This document shows, piece by piece, positions 51,101 to 63,400 of a DNA stretch of 64,000 nucleotides. Location of the stretch: positions 1-64,000 of the forward strand of contig QPGO01000029.1 in assembly GCA_008632985.1 (NCBI GenBank), written 5' to 3'. A model generated the notes under the pieces. It was given only the letters and a program-made list of their open reading frames with translations. It was not told the origin of the DNA and searched no databases. Each line of letters opens with the position of its first letter. Position 1 is the stretch's first letter. This DNA is from Psammoneis japonica (lineage: Eukaryota). The translations under genes and the position numbers were made by a program.

Positions 51101-54100
51101 AAAGGAAAAAGTTTGGGCGCCATGGACACGGCAGCATCGGAAGTCAATGAAGAAACTTCCACTCGCGACTCAGCAGAGTCATCGAAGAAGCGTTCTGCCG
51201 GCGGCGAAACGGACGAGTCTCAGCCAAAGCTCGTAAAGGCCGAGCCAGACGTCTTAGAAAAGCCGCAGGAAGGACAGTTGCCAGGTGGTGAGACCGCAGA
51301 GAACGCGTCACCTCAGAAGAAAGTCTTGCAACAGGGGACCGAGGAGCACAACACTGCTCTGATACCTTCAATGACGGTAGAAGCCATTGAACGACATTTG
51401 GAATCCCTCAACAATAGCTTGCACTTGACTCCGCGGACGATTGCTCAGAAATGCGCGCCTGTCCTCAACACTCTTCTCGAGGATCCTTTCGGATGGGTGT
51501 TTCGAGACCCCGTCGACCCAGTAGTACTTGGATTGCCGGATTATTTTGACGTTGTCAAACACCCGATGCATCTTGCCCTTGTCGCGGAAAGGCTCGAAAT
51601 TTGTGCCTACAAAGACATGGAATCGTTTGCCAGTGATACGAAGCTTGTATTTGAAAACGCTATCTTGTATAATGGGGATGACAGTGAAGTTGGTTCGATG
51701 GCGCAGAGTATGCTCAATCGCTTTGAGAAGGAATTCGGCGCTGTACTGAAAGGTATGCTCATCGTTGTTCCCTGACTGCTTATTGTGTTATACTCTATTC
51801 TAAGTTCTCGTCTTGTTGCGTGGAAAGCTATTGAAGCTGAGGGGCAAATTCTGAAGAAGAAAGAAGATTCATGCTCGCTGTGTGGCTCTCAACGTCGCCT
51901 TTTCGAGCCAACAGTTCTCTACTGTAGCGGCGCTTGTGGGATGCAAAAGATTCGTCGCAACGCGTCATATTACACGGATCAATTGAAGCTCAATCACTGG
52001 TGCAGCCCATGTTTTGCCTTGCTGGAAGATGAGGATCCGATCGTACTTGATGATGGGAAGGAGATTCGAAAGAGTGAGCTACAAAAGCTGAAGAATGATG
52101 CGCTACCAGAGGAAGCCTGGGTTCAGTGCGATGACTGTCACAGTTGGGTTCACCAGATTTGTGCTCTTTTCAACGGACGAAAGAACAAACTGGATGCTAC
52201 GTACACGTGCCCAAAGTGTCACATCGGAAAAGTTGAGCAAGGGGAAGGAGTCAAGCCGGAGCAGATCATGAAATGTGCCAGGGATTTACCGCATTGCAAA
52301 ATGAGTTTGGCCATTGAAGAAGGACTGCATGCTGAATTGGAGAGAGCTTACAAAGCGCGGGCATTGGAGATGGGAGTCAATGTTGACGAGGTTGAAAAGG
52401 CGGATGGTCTAACAGTAAGAGTTGTTTCAAATATGGAGAAAACTCATTATGTTCGAGAAGAGGTGAGTGGTGGTAGTCGATGTCGTTAGCTTTGCTCCCC
52501 CCCACCCCCTACCAGCGACTCATTGCTTCTTTCCGCGCTCGCACTCTTTGTATGCTCATAGATGTGTGCTAGATACGCTAAGAGTGGCTGCCCATCGGAA
52601 TTTCCTTTGCGATCGAAGTGCATCGCATTGTTTCAGACTGTATGTGGAGTCGATACGCTCCTATTCGGCCTCTACGTGTACGAGTATGGACAGTCATGTC
52701 CTGCTCCAAACCGAAGGCGCGTATACATATCATACCTAGATTCTGTGAACTATTTCGAGCCCAAAGCCTACAGAACAATTACGTACCACGCCATCCTTAT
52801 CGAATACCTTCGATATGTGAAAGCCCGAGGATTCCATTCAGCGCACATTTGGAGTTGCCCGCCTTCGCCTGGTGATGATTACATCTTTTACTCTCATCCT
52901 TCGGAACAGTTGATTCCTCGTGACGAGATGCTTCGCGCGTGGTACCACAGTATGCTGGACAAGGCCAAAGGCAAGGGCATCGTTTTACAGACCCGCACCC
53001 TGTACGACGAATATTTCAAGAATGGAGGAATGGATGCTACGGTGGGACCTGCAATTGATCCCACTAGCCTTCCCTATTTCGAAGGTGACTACATTCCCGG
53101 AGAGATAGAAAACATTATCAAAGAACTCAACGAACAAGAAGACGAGAAAAGGAAGGACGGAGCTGCCAACAAAAAGACCGGCATGAAGGTAGGCACAAGG
53201 TCAAACCCGGGAGAACTCATCAGTTTTGGCCAAGATAAGGTGATGATGAAGCTCGCCCAAGCAATAAGTAATATGCGACAGAATTTCATGGTCGTTCACC
53301 TACGCTCCAGGGCGTTCGCAGCTGCCGTCGAAAAAGGCGAGGATGTATCTAACTGGATAGACGAGGCAGACGAAGATGTGCAGACCCCAAGTAAGAAAAT
53401 TAGGGCAAGTGACGATGAAGCTACAACCCCTGCCGTTGCTGACGAAAACAAAAGCGTTGAAAAGGCTGGCATGAACGGAGTTGGAGCCGTCTCTCACGCC
53501 TCCAAAGATGCCGACAACAAAGGCCTTGGTACAGCAGCCGTGCAGAGAGAAGGGGAAGAATTCGCTTTAGGTGATGTAGGTTTGAGCAACGACGTGGCTG
53601 GTATGTCCGAGGATGGAAAAGAAACGGATCGATCATCCGCTGAAGCTCCTGAAGCCACCAACATCCAAGATGGCGAGCCCGTCGTGAAAAGTGACCCTGT
53701 GATCGAGAATGGCGACCCGAGGTTTGATGCAACGTCCGGAGCGATCAAGGACGAGCCCCTCGATGTAAAAATGGAGGATGTCACCAAATGCAACCCTGCA
53801 CGTATGCCACTTGCTGGTTCTACCGCAGACGGTGAGGCCTTGGATGCCCTCAAGGTCGACGCCCGAGGCACGCCGCTGGAATCGGATTCCGCTTTGCAAA
53901 CCGATATGAATGACGACGGGATGTCTCAGAAGATTCCCCCCAACGGCGATGGCGCAAGAATTGTCAAAAAGGAAACCGAAGACGCAAGAGACGGAGGCGC
54001 AGATGAACCCAGTCCTGGTACCAGCGACGATCCACTCCCGGGTGCTGGGGCCGAAGAGAAAGCTTCTGAGAAGCTGTCTGCTGAAGCGGATGACACAGCC

Positions 54101-54982
54101 ATGGATCTAGAGCCCGTCGACGTGGCTAGCATTGGAAACATGCTTCCAGAACAAGAATTTACGCCCCCATCAACTGAAAATAGGGAATCAATGTCTTCGA
54201 AGCGCAGCTTTGACGAAATCGAATCGACAGATCCTGTTAAACGCGAGCCTGTTGCTTCCACAGTGGACGAAGACGAGCCGATCGAAAACGAGATGTTTGA
54301 ATCTCGGCAGCAGTTCTTGAACTATTGCCAGACAAATCATTTCCAGTTCGATGAACTGCGGCGTGCCAAGCACACAACCATGATGATTCTGTTCCAGCTC
54401 CACAACCCAAATGCACCCAAGTTTTTGCAGCAGTGCGGTTCTTGCTACCGCGAAATCACGCATGGCATACGTTATCACTGTACCAGTTGCTCGAATTTCG
54501 ATCTTTGCCAGGATTGCTATGAACCTGTTATTACAGGCTTGTGGGCTCAGAGAGACGCGCGTTTCGCTCATGACAAGAGCCACTCGTTTACTCCCATCAA
54601 CATGGAGGCACCTCTCGACACTCAAAAGAGCAGGGAAGAGCGTGCTCAAGCCCTCAAGGTGCATCTTGAGCTTTTGGCGCATGCCGGTAGCTGCGAGGGT
54701 CCTCCAGATTGCACGCTAAAGAACTGTGAGAAAATGAAGAGTATGTTTGAGCACGTAAAGTCATGTGAAGTCACGTACAAGAAGGGCTGCAAGAAGTGTG
54801 CTAGGCTTTTGTCGTTGATAACAATGCACGCTCGCCAGTGTACGACACGCGGCTCGTGTCCAATTCCGTTCTGCGATAGGACCAGGGAGAGAAACCGGCG
54901 TCTGCGCCAGCAACAACAGCAAATGGACGACAGACGGCGAAACGCTCAGAACGAACTTTATCGTGAAAGGGGTTCCGCGTAG
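48126..54982 (+). CDS. CBP/p300-type histone acetyltransferase: Q/M/G-rich N-terminus, KIX-like, TAZ, bromodomain, PHD, KAT11 HAT, ZZ, TAZ2; introns 49670-49764, 51753-51827, 52463-52561
   Basis: LPMMAKRLEEHLYRSA; QQQRLLLLRHASKC; WVFRDPVDPVVLGLPDYFDVVKHPM; WVQCDDCHSWVHQICALF; RRVYISYLDSV; IWSCPPSPGDDYIF; LPYFEGDY; HFQFDELRRAKHTT; CSNFDLC. Confidence 0.96.
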
Positions 54983-55562
54983 GACGGTTGTTCGGGTGGG
55001 AATAAATATATTTTAATAATGCTGCTTAGAGTTAAGAAGATGTTGGTGCTTATCCTCTACAGGAGAACAAAATGTCATCGGTGCCTCAATGGAAAAGTTT
55101 CACGGTCTCACCTTTTGCCCACGACGAGCCAAAGCGCACTATTTTGTCCGAAATATTTTACTATGCTCCCGTTGCAATCATCTCTTTCAGGACACTGTGA
55201 CGGGTGCTGGACAACCAATGTCACTTAGGCTCTCTACTCTCTCTAGTAGCTAGCTCTAGCTCTAGAGAGTAGAGCACTACTGTAGAGCAAAAAAGTGTGC
55301 GACCAGTTCCGATTACCTCGTCCCGCCCGCCCGAAAACTGACCATTTGTGTCTGTCTGTCTCACCGGGTGTGGTTCATCCATCGGACACCAAAAAGATCG
55401 CTGGCAACCTCCGTCATTCAACATCTTGAATGGCAGCATGGATGGAAACAATCCCCATGCAAAAATGCATGGGAAAGTGTGCGTGTGCAAAAATGTTGAA
55501 CCAGCAAGTCAATGTCACCAAAAGGGAATCCCACAAGGCTTCCTGTGCTGCTGGCTGCACTT

Positions 55563-55800
55563 GCCACCCCGCAAAAGAACTCTGGAACAACAAATTTGTG
55601 TGGAAACAGTGCCAGGGCCTCAGCGGAAATGCCAAAAAAGTCTGGAACATGGAACATCAAGAAACTGCATGGGATCCATCTTAGATTCAGTGCCAGGGAG
55701 GTCAAAAATCACAAAATTCTGGACTTTTTTTGCATTTCTGCTGGGGCCCTGGCACTGCTTCTGCGCAAATTTGTCATTCCAGAATTTTTTGAATGGTGGC
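55563..55800. repeat. Imperfect inverted repeat (~75-85-bp arms, 55563-55647 / 55717-55800)
   Basis: ctctggaacaacaaatttgtgtggaaacagtgccagggcctcagcggaaatgccaaaaaagtctggaa vs reverse complement ttctggaatgacaaatttgcgcagaagcagtgccagggccccagcagaaatgcaaaaaaagtccagaa. Confidence 0.85.
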
Positions 55801-56276
55801 TTGCCCTGACCACTTTGGCAGCCATGGTTTGCCCAGAAGTTGTTGACAAACTTCAAACTTGCAATGTGAAACAGGTGCCTTCTGACGCCACAAAGCAATT
55901 TGTGCAAAACAGATGGTTCGCTCTAAAGCCCAAAGAGTGAGAGGTGGGCTGAAAGGCAAGTGAGATCGGCGACGATCCACTCCAAATGCAATGAGTCACC
56001 AAGTCCACCATGCAAAGATCTTCACCATCTTCTTTTCAACACACCCAGGTTCTCAATTTTCCTGTGACCCAGATGCTCCAGCAAAAAAAAGCAAGAGAAG
56101 CATGCAAGGAGCGACACAGACAATCTCGCCATGTGGGAGTCCACACTGTGCTCCATGCTGCTCTGTCACTCTTTTGTTTCCCATCCTCTTCTCATGGCCA
56201 GCGCACTTCCAGCAGCCAGCTCAGTGTGATCTCTGGTTTCTCTGTTGGCAGCTGCACAAGCTGCGCACATCTGCTC

Positions 56277-56721
56277 TGCAACACACAGCTGCCAACAAGA
56301 GTCAATGCATCACGGCGACGTGTCACAGCCTTTAAATGTCACAAAGGGCGTGACAAAATGACCTTTTGTCTGCATGCATGCTGCACTGTGAATTCACAGC
56401 GGAGTGGTTCATCGCAACCATCAGGCAGGAGGCCAGGGGTTCGAAACCCTGAGTGGGAGTTGTCTGCAGCAACGTTGATCACTGTCGAACGCGCAAAACT
56501 CTGTGCAGTTCTGCACGTTCCTTCGCACGTGCCCACACTGTTCCGCCAAAACCGTGCAGTGTCAGTGCACGTTAGCAAAGAGCCGCATGGACGCGTGACA
56601 CATGGGGAGGAGTGCAACACACAGCTGCTGATGAGAGTTGATGCATCACAGCGACGTGTTGCAGCCTTTAAATGTCACAAAGGGCGTGACAAAATGACCT
56701 TTTGTCTGCGTGCATGCTGCA
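56277..56721 (+). repeat. 109-bp direct repeat (56277-56385 and 56613-56721)
   Basis: Ungapped match differing at six YR dinucleotides only. Confidence 0.92.
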
Positions 56722-58888
56722 GCTCACTTCAAGCCAGGACAGCTTGTTTCTTTCCCAACATCATGGCTCAAGTCTCTGCCAGCTTTGTTTTGAGTGTGCA
56801 CAGCAGGTGCAAAAAACATCCACAGCTCTTCACTGACTTCTGACAGGAAGACAGCAACAGCTGGTGGCATGCCCATCAGCAAGTGGCGATGACCCAGCTG
56901 CAAACCCCACACTCTGCCACCATTCTCATTCACCTTGATGCACTTCAGTGACAAGAAGCATGGTGCCTGACAAGCAGTGGCAGGAGCCGCAATCATGACA
57001 GTGCTCCTTTTTTCTCTTTTGCTGCAATCTGACCCACTGTGCTGGCAAAAGCAGAGCTGTGCTTGGCAAAAAGCCACTGTTTTGCAACTGTCAGTGCAGT
57101 TGGCACAGCTGCTTTGTGGTGTGAGGTGGCAGCATTTCTGTCAGTGGCGGCATGCTGTCTCTCATCTCATGGGGGTCCAGACCATCATTTCCCCCAAAGT
57201 GCCAATTTTTAGAAAGTGCGGGCAGCATCTAAAAATGTTGAATGGAAAGCTGACTTTCATCCATTGAGGAAGAATGTTTGGGAGTGAATTGTCTTTTGTG
57301 GTTGCACACATTTTGCATTTTGTGAATGACTGCTGCCAAAAGTGCTTGCTTGGAGAGCGTGCAGTGCCACAGCCCACACATGCCAAGGGGCAGCAGCACC
57401 TGCCTGCGCATGAAACAGCTGCTGTTTTCTTCTGTGTTTGAAAGTGCAGCCAGGTGCACACATCCTCATGGTGCCACTGCATGTTGTGTCCAGAAAGTTC
57501 TCCAAATGAGAAACATGTCAGCGGTGATGTGTGCCCAGTTTTCTGGGGGTTTTGCTGCACAGTGTGTGAGAGAGACACCTTTTTTGGTCAAACTTCAAAC
57601 AATGTGGCACATTTTTGGGTGTGCAACAGTTTGGTTTTGTGGGCACATGGAAATGGTGGCCTTGTCTTGCCTGTGCCCAGGTTGCTGCTTTTGATCTTTC
57701 AGAAGTGGTGTCTTTGGATCATGAGAAAAGTCTTTTTCTTTTTTTGTGGTGCACCAGCAGGGTTTCTGATGCATTGATGACAATGCGCTCAAATGGCAAC
57801 TCATGGTGGAGTCAACACATGCTTGGCTTTCTCAGCATTGAAGAGGGAATTTTGGTGTCAGGGGCAGAGCAATGTCAACAACACCAGAGTGGCTGACAGC
57901 GCTGACTGGGACAGCAACTTGGCTCAAAAACCAACATGTCTCTTGAAAAAGAGGCATTGACAGCTGGAGGAAATTGCTCAAAAGTGCACAATCTTGCCCC
58001 AACCAACAGAGCTGCACTTCAATGCAGCTCTGTTGTGCTGTGATTTGACCTTTGTCAAGGGCACAAATGGAGTCCTCAATCTTTGGGGTTTCAACAACAA
58101 CGCACACAATGCCCCCAAGTGGCAAAGAGGCAATCATCCATTGAATTGGCTGCTGCAAATGACAAGTGTTGTTGAGATGCTGCCTTTGACTCTGTCCTTG
58201 AGCCCTCACTTCTTGAGAGCTCAGTTGGAGCTGTCATCTGTCTTAAAGTGATTTTGTTCCAAAAGCAATTTTGAACTCACATCAACAAAACAGCCAGAAG
58301 TTGAATCTGCGGTGCTGCATCCTGACATTCCAGTCTGCCAAGGTTTTGAAAAGCAAGGTCCAGACCAAGATTCCAAGCTTGGAACTTGCAACAAGTGTTG
58401 CCATTGTGGGTGCTGAGGGCATTGGAAGTGAACCTTGTGCCACAAAAGATGGAGTGCAAACACCTCCATTTTTTGAAATCTTGTTCAGCATTGGGTGTCA
58501 TTCATCACAGGAAAAAAAGAAAGGGAACAATGGAGCACACTAAAAGTGGCAAAGAAAAGGACCATGTTCTCACAGCTAAAAGCCACATTGTTTGTTGTTG
58601 TGGCAATGGCAAATCACACAAGTTGCCACACCGGTGCCATTTTCTTTTTGACCAATCTGAAACACAAGTTCACAGAAATCATGGCAACACCAATTTCTGT
58701 GGTCTGGATCTGCTGCAGTTGCCACTGCAGCTTCATCACAGAAAAAACCTGTTATTGTCCCAATCTCTGCCAGCCACACTTCTTTCCAAGTTTCCAAGAG
58801 CCAAACTTGTCTGTTTTTGTGTGTGTGAATTCTTGCAAAAATGATCAAAGGCATCTCAAAGCATTCTTCATTCCTCATTGATGCAAGC

Positions 58889-59040
58889 CTGATTGCAGCA
58901 ATCAGGGCATTGCTCCAGAAACCAGTGAGCTTCTTTTTTCCAACAGCTTCCACCCATCCTCAGCTGATTGCTGCAATCAGGGCATGGCTCCAGAAGCCAG
59001 CAAGTTTTTCTTTTTCCAACAGTTTCCATTCCTCCTCAGC
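58889..59040 (+). repeat. ~76-bp tandem duplication
   Basis: ctgattgcWgcaatcagggcatKgctccagaaRccagYRag...ttccaacagYttcca...tcctcagc twice. Confidence 0.8.
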
Positions 59041-60475
59041 ACATGCTTCAACACAAAGCACCCCAACTCAAATGAGGAAGTTCACTGTTCTTCAAAAGTG
59101 GGGAGCCACAAGAGACACAACAACACAAGCCATTCACTGGTGAAGCCATGTGGACTTCCTCAAGATCCAACTCCCACACTTGCCTGCACTCAGTGTGGCT
59201 GTCATGAAGCTTCAAATGCTTCTCAGTCAGGTCCTTCTTTTGTCTTTTCTTTTTGTTGTTGGTGGAGCACTTGGATGAGCTGCAGGCAACAATCCTCAAG
59301 TCCAAGGAATGCACCAACTCCACACTGCACTTTGAGTTAGTTTGTGACAAAATTTGTGCTGAAAAGTCTGCAGAGCTGACTGTTTTGCTGCAGCATCCCC
59401 AACATGAACACCAGTTGCTTTTCCTGCCCTCATTTGTGCAGTTGCCCAAGTCTTCAACCAAGGATGACAGCCAAAAATGACCAAACACCAATGGAAGATG
59501 CACAACACAGCAGCCTTTCTGCATTGTCCAGGGTTGCTTGCCGCACATGCTTCCATTGATGATGCAGGCCAGACTCTGTTTTGGGGAAACACTCTGGGTT
59601 CTCCAAGAATTTTAAGAATTTTGATGCTGATGCCACATGCTGCTGAGCACAACTTTTCAGCACTGGTGGTTCCATGGGGGTTTTGGGTGCTGCAGCCATC
59701 CTCCATGCTGTCAAAGGGCTTAACTTGAGCAATGTTGCTGATGCCAGGAAGAGTGTTGTTTCAGAGATGGAAAGAGAGTGCCCACCCACTTGTGTTTTGG
59801 ATGCTGTTTGGCTCGATTTGGGGTGACAACACAAGATCCAGTGGGCTGTAAAATTGGTGCAATTGATGTGCTGGCAAACACAGACTTGGACTACATTGTC
59901 ACTTCAATTCTGAGAAACAACATCACACAAAGGTTGCAAAACAATGGAGAGAGCAGGAAAGCCAGAAGCAGCTTGGGTGACTGTTTGCAAGACAAAAACA
60001 ACATGATGAATGATTTGGGTGTCAAATGAAAGCTCAGGATGGGGTGGTTGATGGAGGCAGAGTGCAACAAGAACAAAGTCAGGGAATGAAAAAGGCTCCC
60101 AACATCAATTCATGCAGCAGAGAAGCTTGGTGAAAAGATGCCTCCTCATGGTTTTCAAGTCTGTTGGGGGATGCAGTGGATGAGTGCTTGGTTGAAAAAG
60201 CAGAGCATGCAGTGTGTTTGTGGTTCTGGTGTGCACCAAGCCAACTCCATCATTGCCAAGCCAGTGCAAGACAAAATGATGCCAGTGTCATCATTGCAAA
60301 ATGACCCTGATTTTTCACATGTTTTTTGATGTCACTTTGCACACATCTGCGTGGTCATTTCCCTCATCTGGGAGTCATTGTAAATGTTCAATCTCAGATG
60401 GAAATGGCAATTCATCTGCACGGCCACCAGTGAGTTCCTGCCAGAAAAATTGTGACCACAACTTATTCCAATTTT

Positions 60476-63400
60476 TCAAACTTTTAGGATGGGATCAATT
60501 TTCCCTCCATCTTCTTTCCGTTTGTCAAAATTTTGACTTGCTCCATCCACTGCTTGGTCTTGTGCACCCACTCTTTCACAGCTCTGGTCACATGCAGCAG
60601 ATCTTGCTGACTTGCCACAAGTTTCTGGCATGATTTCTGCACAAATCTGTGATGAAATCTTCATCCAAAAAACTCATTTCTCTCTCACAAAACCCCGGTT
60701 TTGCTTTTTTGTTGCACCCAGCTTTCTTGTCTCCTTTCAACCTTCTGTCCTGCCATGGCTGCCAATGTCCTTGCTGCAATTGAGCATGGCAAAACTTCCC
60801 CACCAAGCATTTCTTGCAGTTGGGTGCCAAGGATGAGCTTTTGCTCAACCAAACAAAGCTCCTTGCACTCTGTCACGACACCAGCTCTGCCATCACTGAC
60901 TTTGTGCATGGTCAATTTGACCAGCTCCTCATGTTCCACAAAGGTTGCAAAATCATTCCAGTTGCAAAACCTGCTCCCTTCATCAATGGTGCTGATGAAG
61001 TCAAGTGCTCATGCAGCTTCTTTGATGCTGTTGGTGAAGTCACTCCCATGTCAGGAACTCACCAACATTTTGGGGGACACTTTGTGTCATCAGCGCTCCA
61101 AGCTGATGCAGCAACGCACAGCTCACCTCATGCTGAGACTCCTCCAGATGACATTAAGTGCCCTCCACAGCCCAACAGTGCCAACAATCCTCTGTCCTTT
61201 CAACGCCTCAACTTTGGAATCCTGCCATGGCTGAAGAACAAGCAGTCCTCATGCTGCTCCCCCCATGGCTTTTCCTCTCCCTCCAGGCCACTCCTTCTCT
61301 CCGGAATTCATTCCTGGAAATGATTGTTCCAATCTTGCTGCCAACTTTCACCAGATGTGTGGCAGAAGGCTGTTGGTTGCATCCAACAGCACAATGGAGG
61401 CTGATTGCTTGATCAAGGTGGACCTCTTTTTGATCAAGCTGCTGATGGTCTCCAAGAGTTGTTGATGATTTCATGAATGTCAATGTTTGCATCTTTGGTG
61501 ACAATGATTTCCAGGTGGTTGCACCCTTTTTGCTGGACAGTTGTGCAAGTGTCCAAAACACCATCAGGACATTGTCTGACTTGACCTGGCAGACTTTGGG
61601 GTCCACGGACCACTGACAATGCAAACAGAGGGATCTCAGAGGCAGGTGCAGCTGCAGCTGCTCAAGGCCCCACTGCCATCAATGTTGATGCCCCTGAGAC
61701 CAAGAAGGACAAGGATCTTAGGAAGAGGGCTGCTGACATTCAGTCTTGGCACTCTTTGTCCTTTTGCCACAAGACAGCAGGCTCCAATGCCATTGCTCTT
61801 GGTGCACTCAAGCCAGTTTTCATTGACACTCTGCAGGAATCAAACAAGACCAAAAGGAGGGCTCACTCTCTCTGTGAGATTGTCATTGTGGCTCTCAACA
61901 GCAGGAAGTTGATGGATGTCTTTGATCAAGTTGTTGCCTTTTGCTCTGCTTGTGCAAACAAGGCTTTTGCTGATGGCATCTGCTGCTTTTGTCTTGCTGA
62001 CCAGCCTCCAAATGCTTTGGTCACAATGCATCTGAGTGACATCAACATCATGAACTTCCTCACTCACCACATGGATGACACAGAGCATTCCCAGAAGGTC
62101 AAAGAAGGCCAAGAGATCTCCAAGCATTCTCTTGCAATGGACTTAAGAGTGCAGCTGCTGAGCCAATCAAGAAATCCACCCTCTGTGACAAGGGTGGTTG
62201 TGCCCGTGACTCCTCAGATGTTGTTTTGTCAGCTCTCAGCAACTTCAGGCTCGTCTTCAATGCCCTCATCAAGAACTTTGATGAAACAGCTCTCTGGCAG
62301 CAGCTTCTCTGCTGTGGCCATGTTGCTTTTGGCAAGAGTGGCAAGCAGTTGATTGCAAATGATGGCAACACTTGTGAAATTGCTGTGAATGTGCTCAATG
62401 ACATTCAAAACATCATCCACACCTTCTTCCAACTTGGAGGCATCCCAAACTGCCACAAGGTCATTTGTGATTTGCAGGATGTCAGTGTCCAGGCTTTGGA
62501 CATCTCCAAGTGCTTGACCAATCAGTCAATTCAGGATCTGGAGATCAACATCAGTCATGGTCCTCCCAGAACTTTTGGCAGCAAGTGCCTGCTCTGTCAG
62601 CAGCTTGCTGCAGAGTTGAGTGCCACTTTGACCTCTGGCAAGCATTTGGCTGAATGCCCTGGCTGCAGCTTCTCTGTCCAAGAAGCCGGGCTCTCCCTTG
62701 TTGTTGTTGGACATGGAGCTGTGCAAGAAGATGGGTCTCCCAGTTGTCTCTGGAAACCCTGATCAGCTTTCTTTCATCCCCACTGTGGCTGAGAAAGGTG
62801 CAGATTCAAGCACTGAAAAGCATCTGTGTCCTGTTTCATGATGCATGGGTTCCATTGCAGCTGTCCCAAGTGCAGCAAGCCTCACATTGCAAACTTGCAT
62901 GGCCTTCCCAAAGCAAAACATGATGAGTTGATCAAGTTTGTCAACAATGCTGGCAACCTTTCCTTTGCCAAGGGAAAAGGCCCTGGTGGTGCATCTGCTT
63001 GGTTTTGTCTTGTGACAAACTGGCAAATCTGTTGTTTGACAATGTCATCTTACACTGAAATTCATTCTAGTTTTTGTTGACCTTGCTCCACCGGCTTGCA
63101 TTGTTGATTGGGCTGTTGTGAACTCAGATGAAACTGTGGGTGTGGAATTGCTGGATGGTGTTGAAACATGAGCTGAGGATGATGTTGCACCTCCACTTCC
63201 TGCTGGGGACAAGCAGAGGCTGTCTGAATCCATGGGTTTGGTGCCTCAAGATGTTCCGGATGCTGCACCTGTCTCTTTGGATGAAGTCAAAGAGTTCCAC
63301 CCATTTTTGGCACCATGAACTTGTTGAGTGACACTTGCCTCCTCCCCTGTCCCAAACATCAACAACAGCTCTTTAAGAAAGGCGAGCATGAAGAACAATT

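Noticed and set aside
55275..55290. CACTAC at the block edge as a CACTA transposon terminus
   Set aside because: Only a 5-6-nt match inside a TAG/CTA-rich patch; the other end is outside the window and no TnpD motif was seen.
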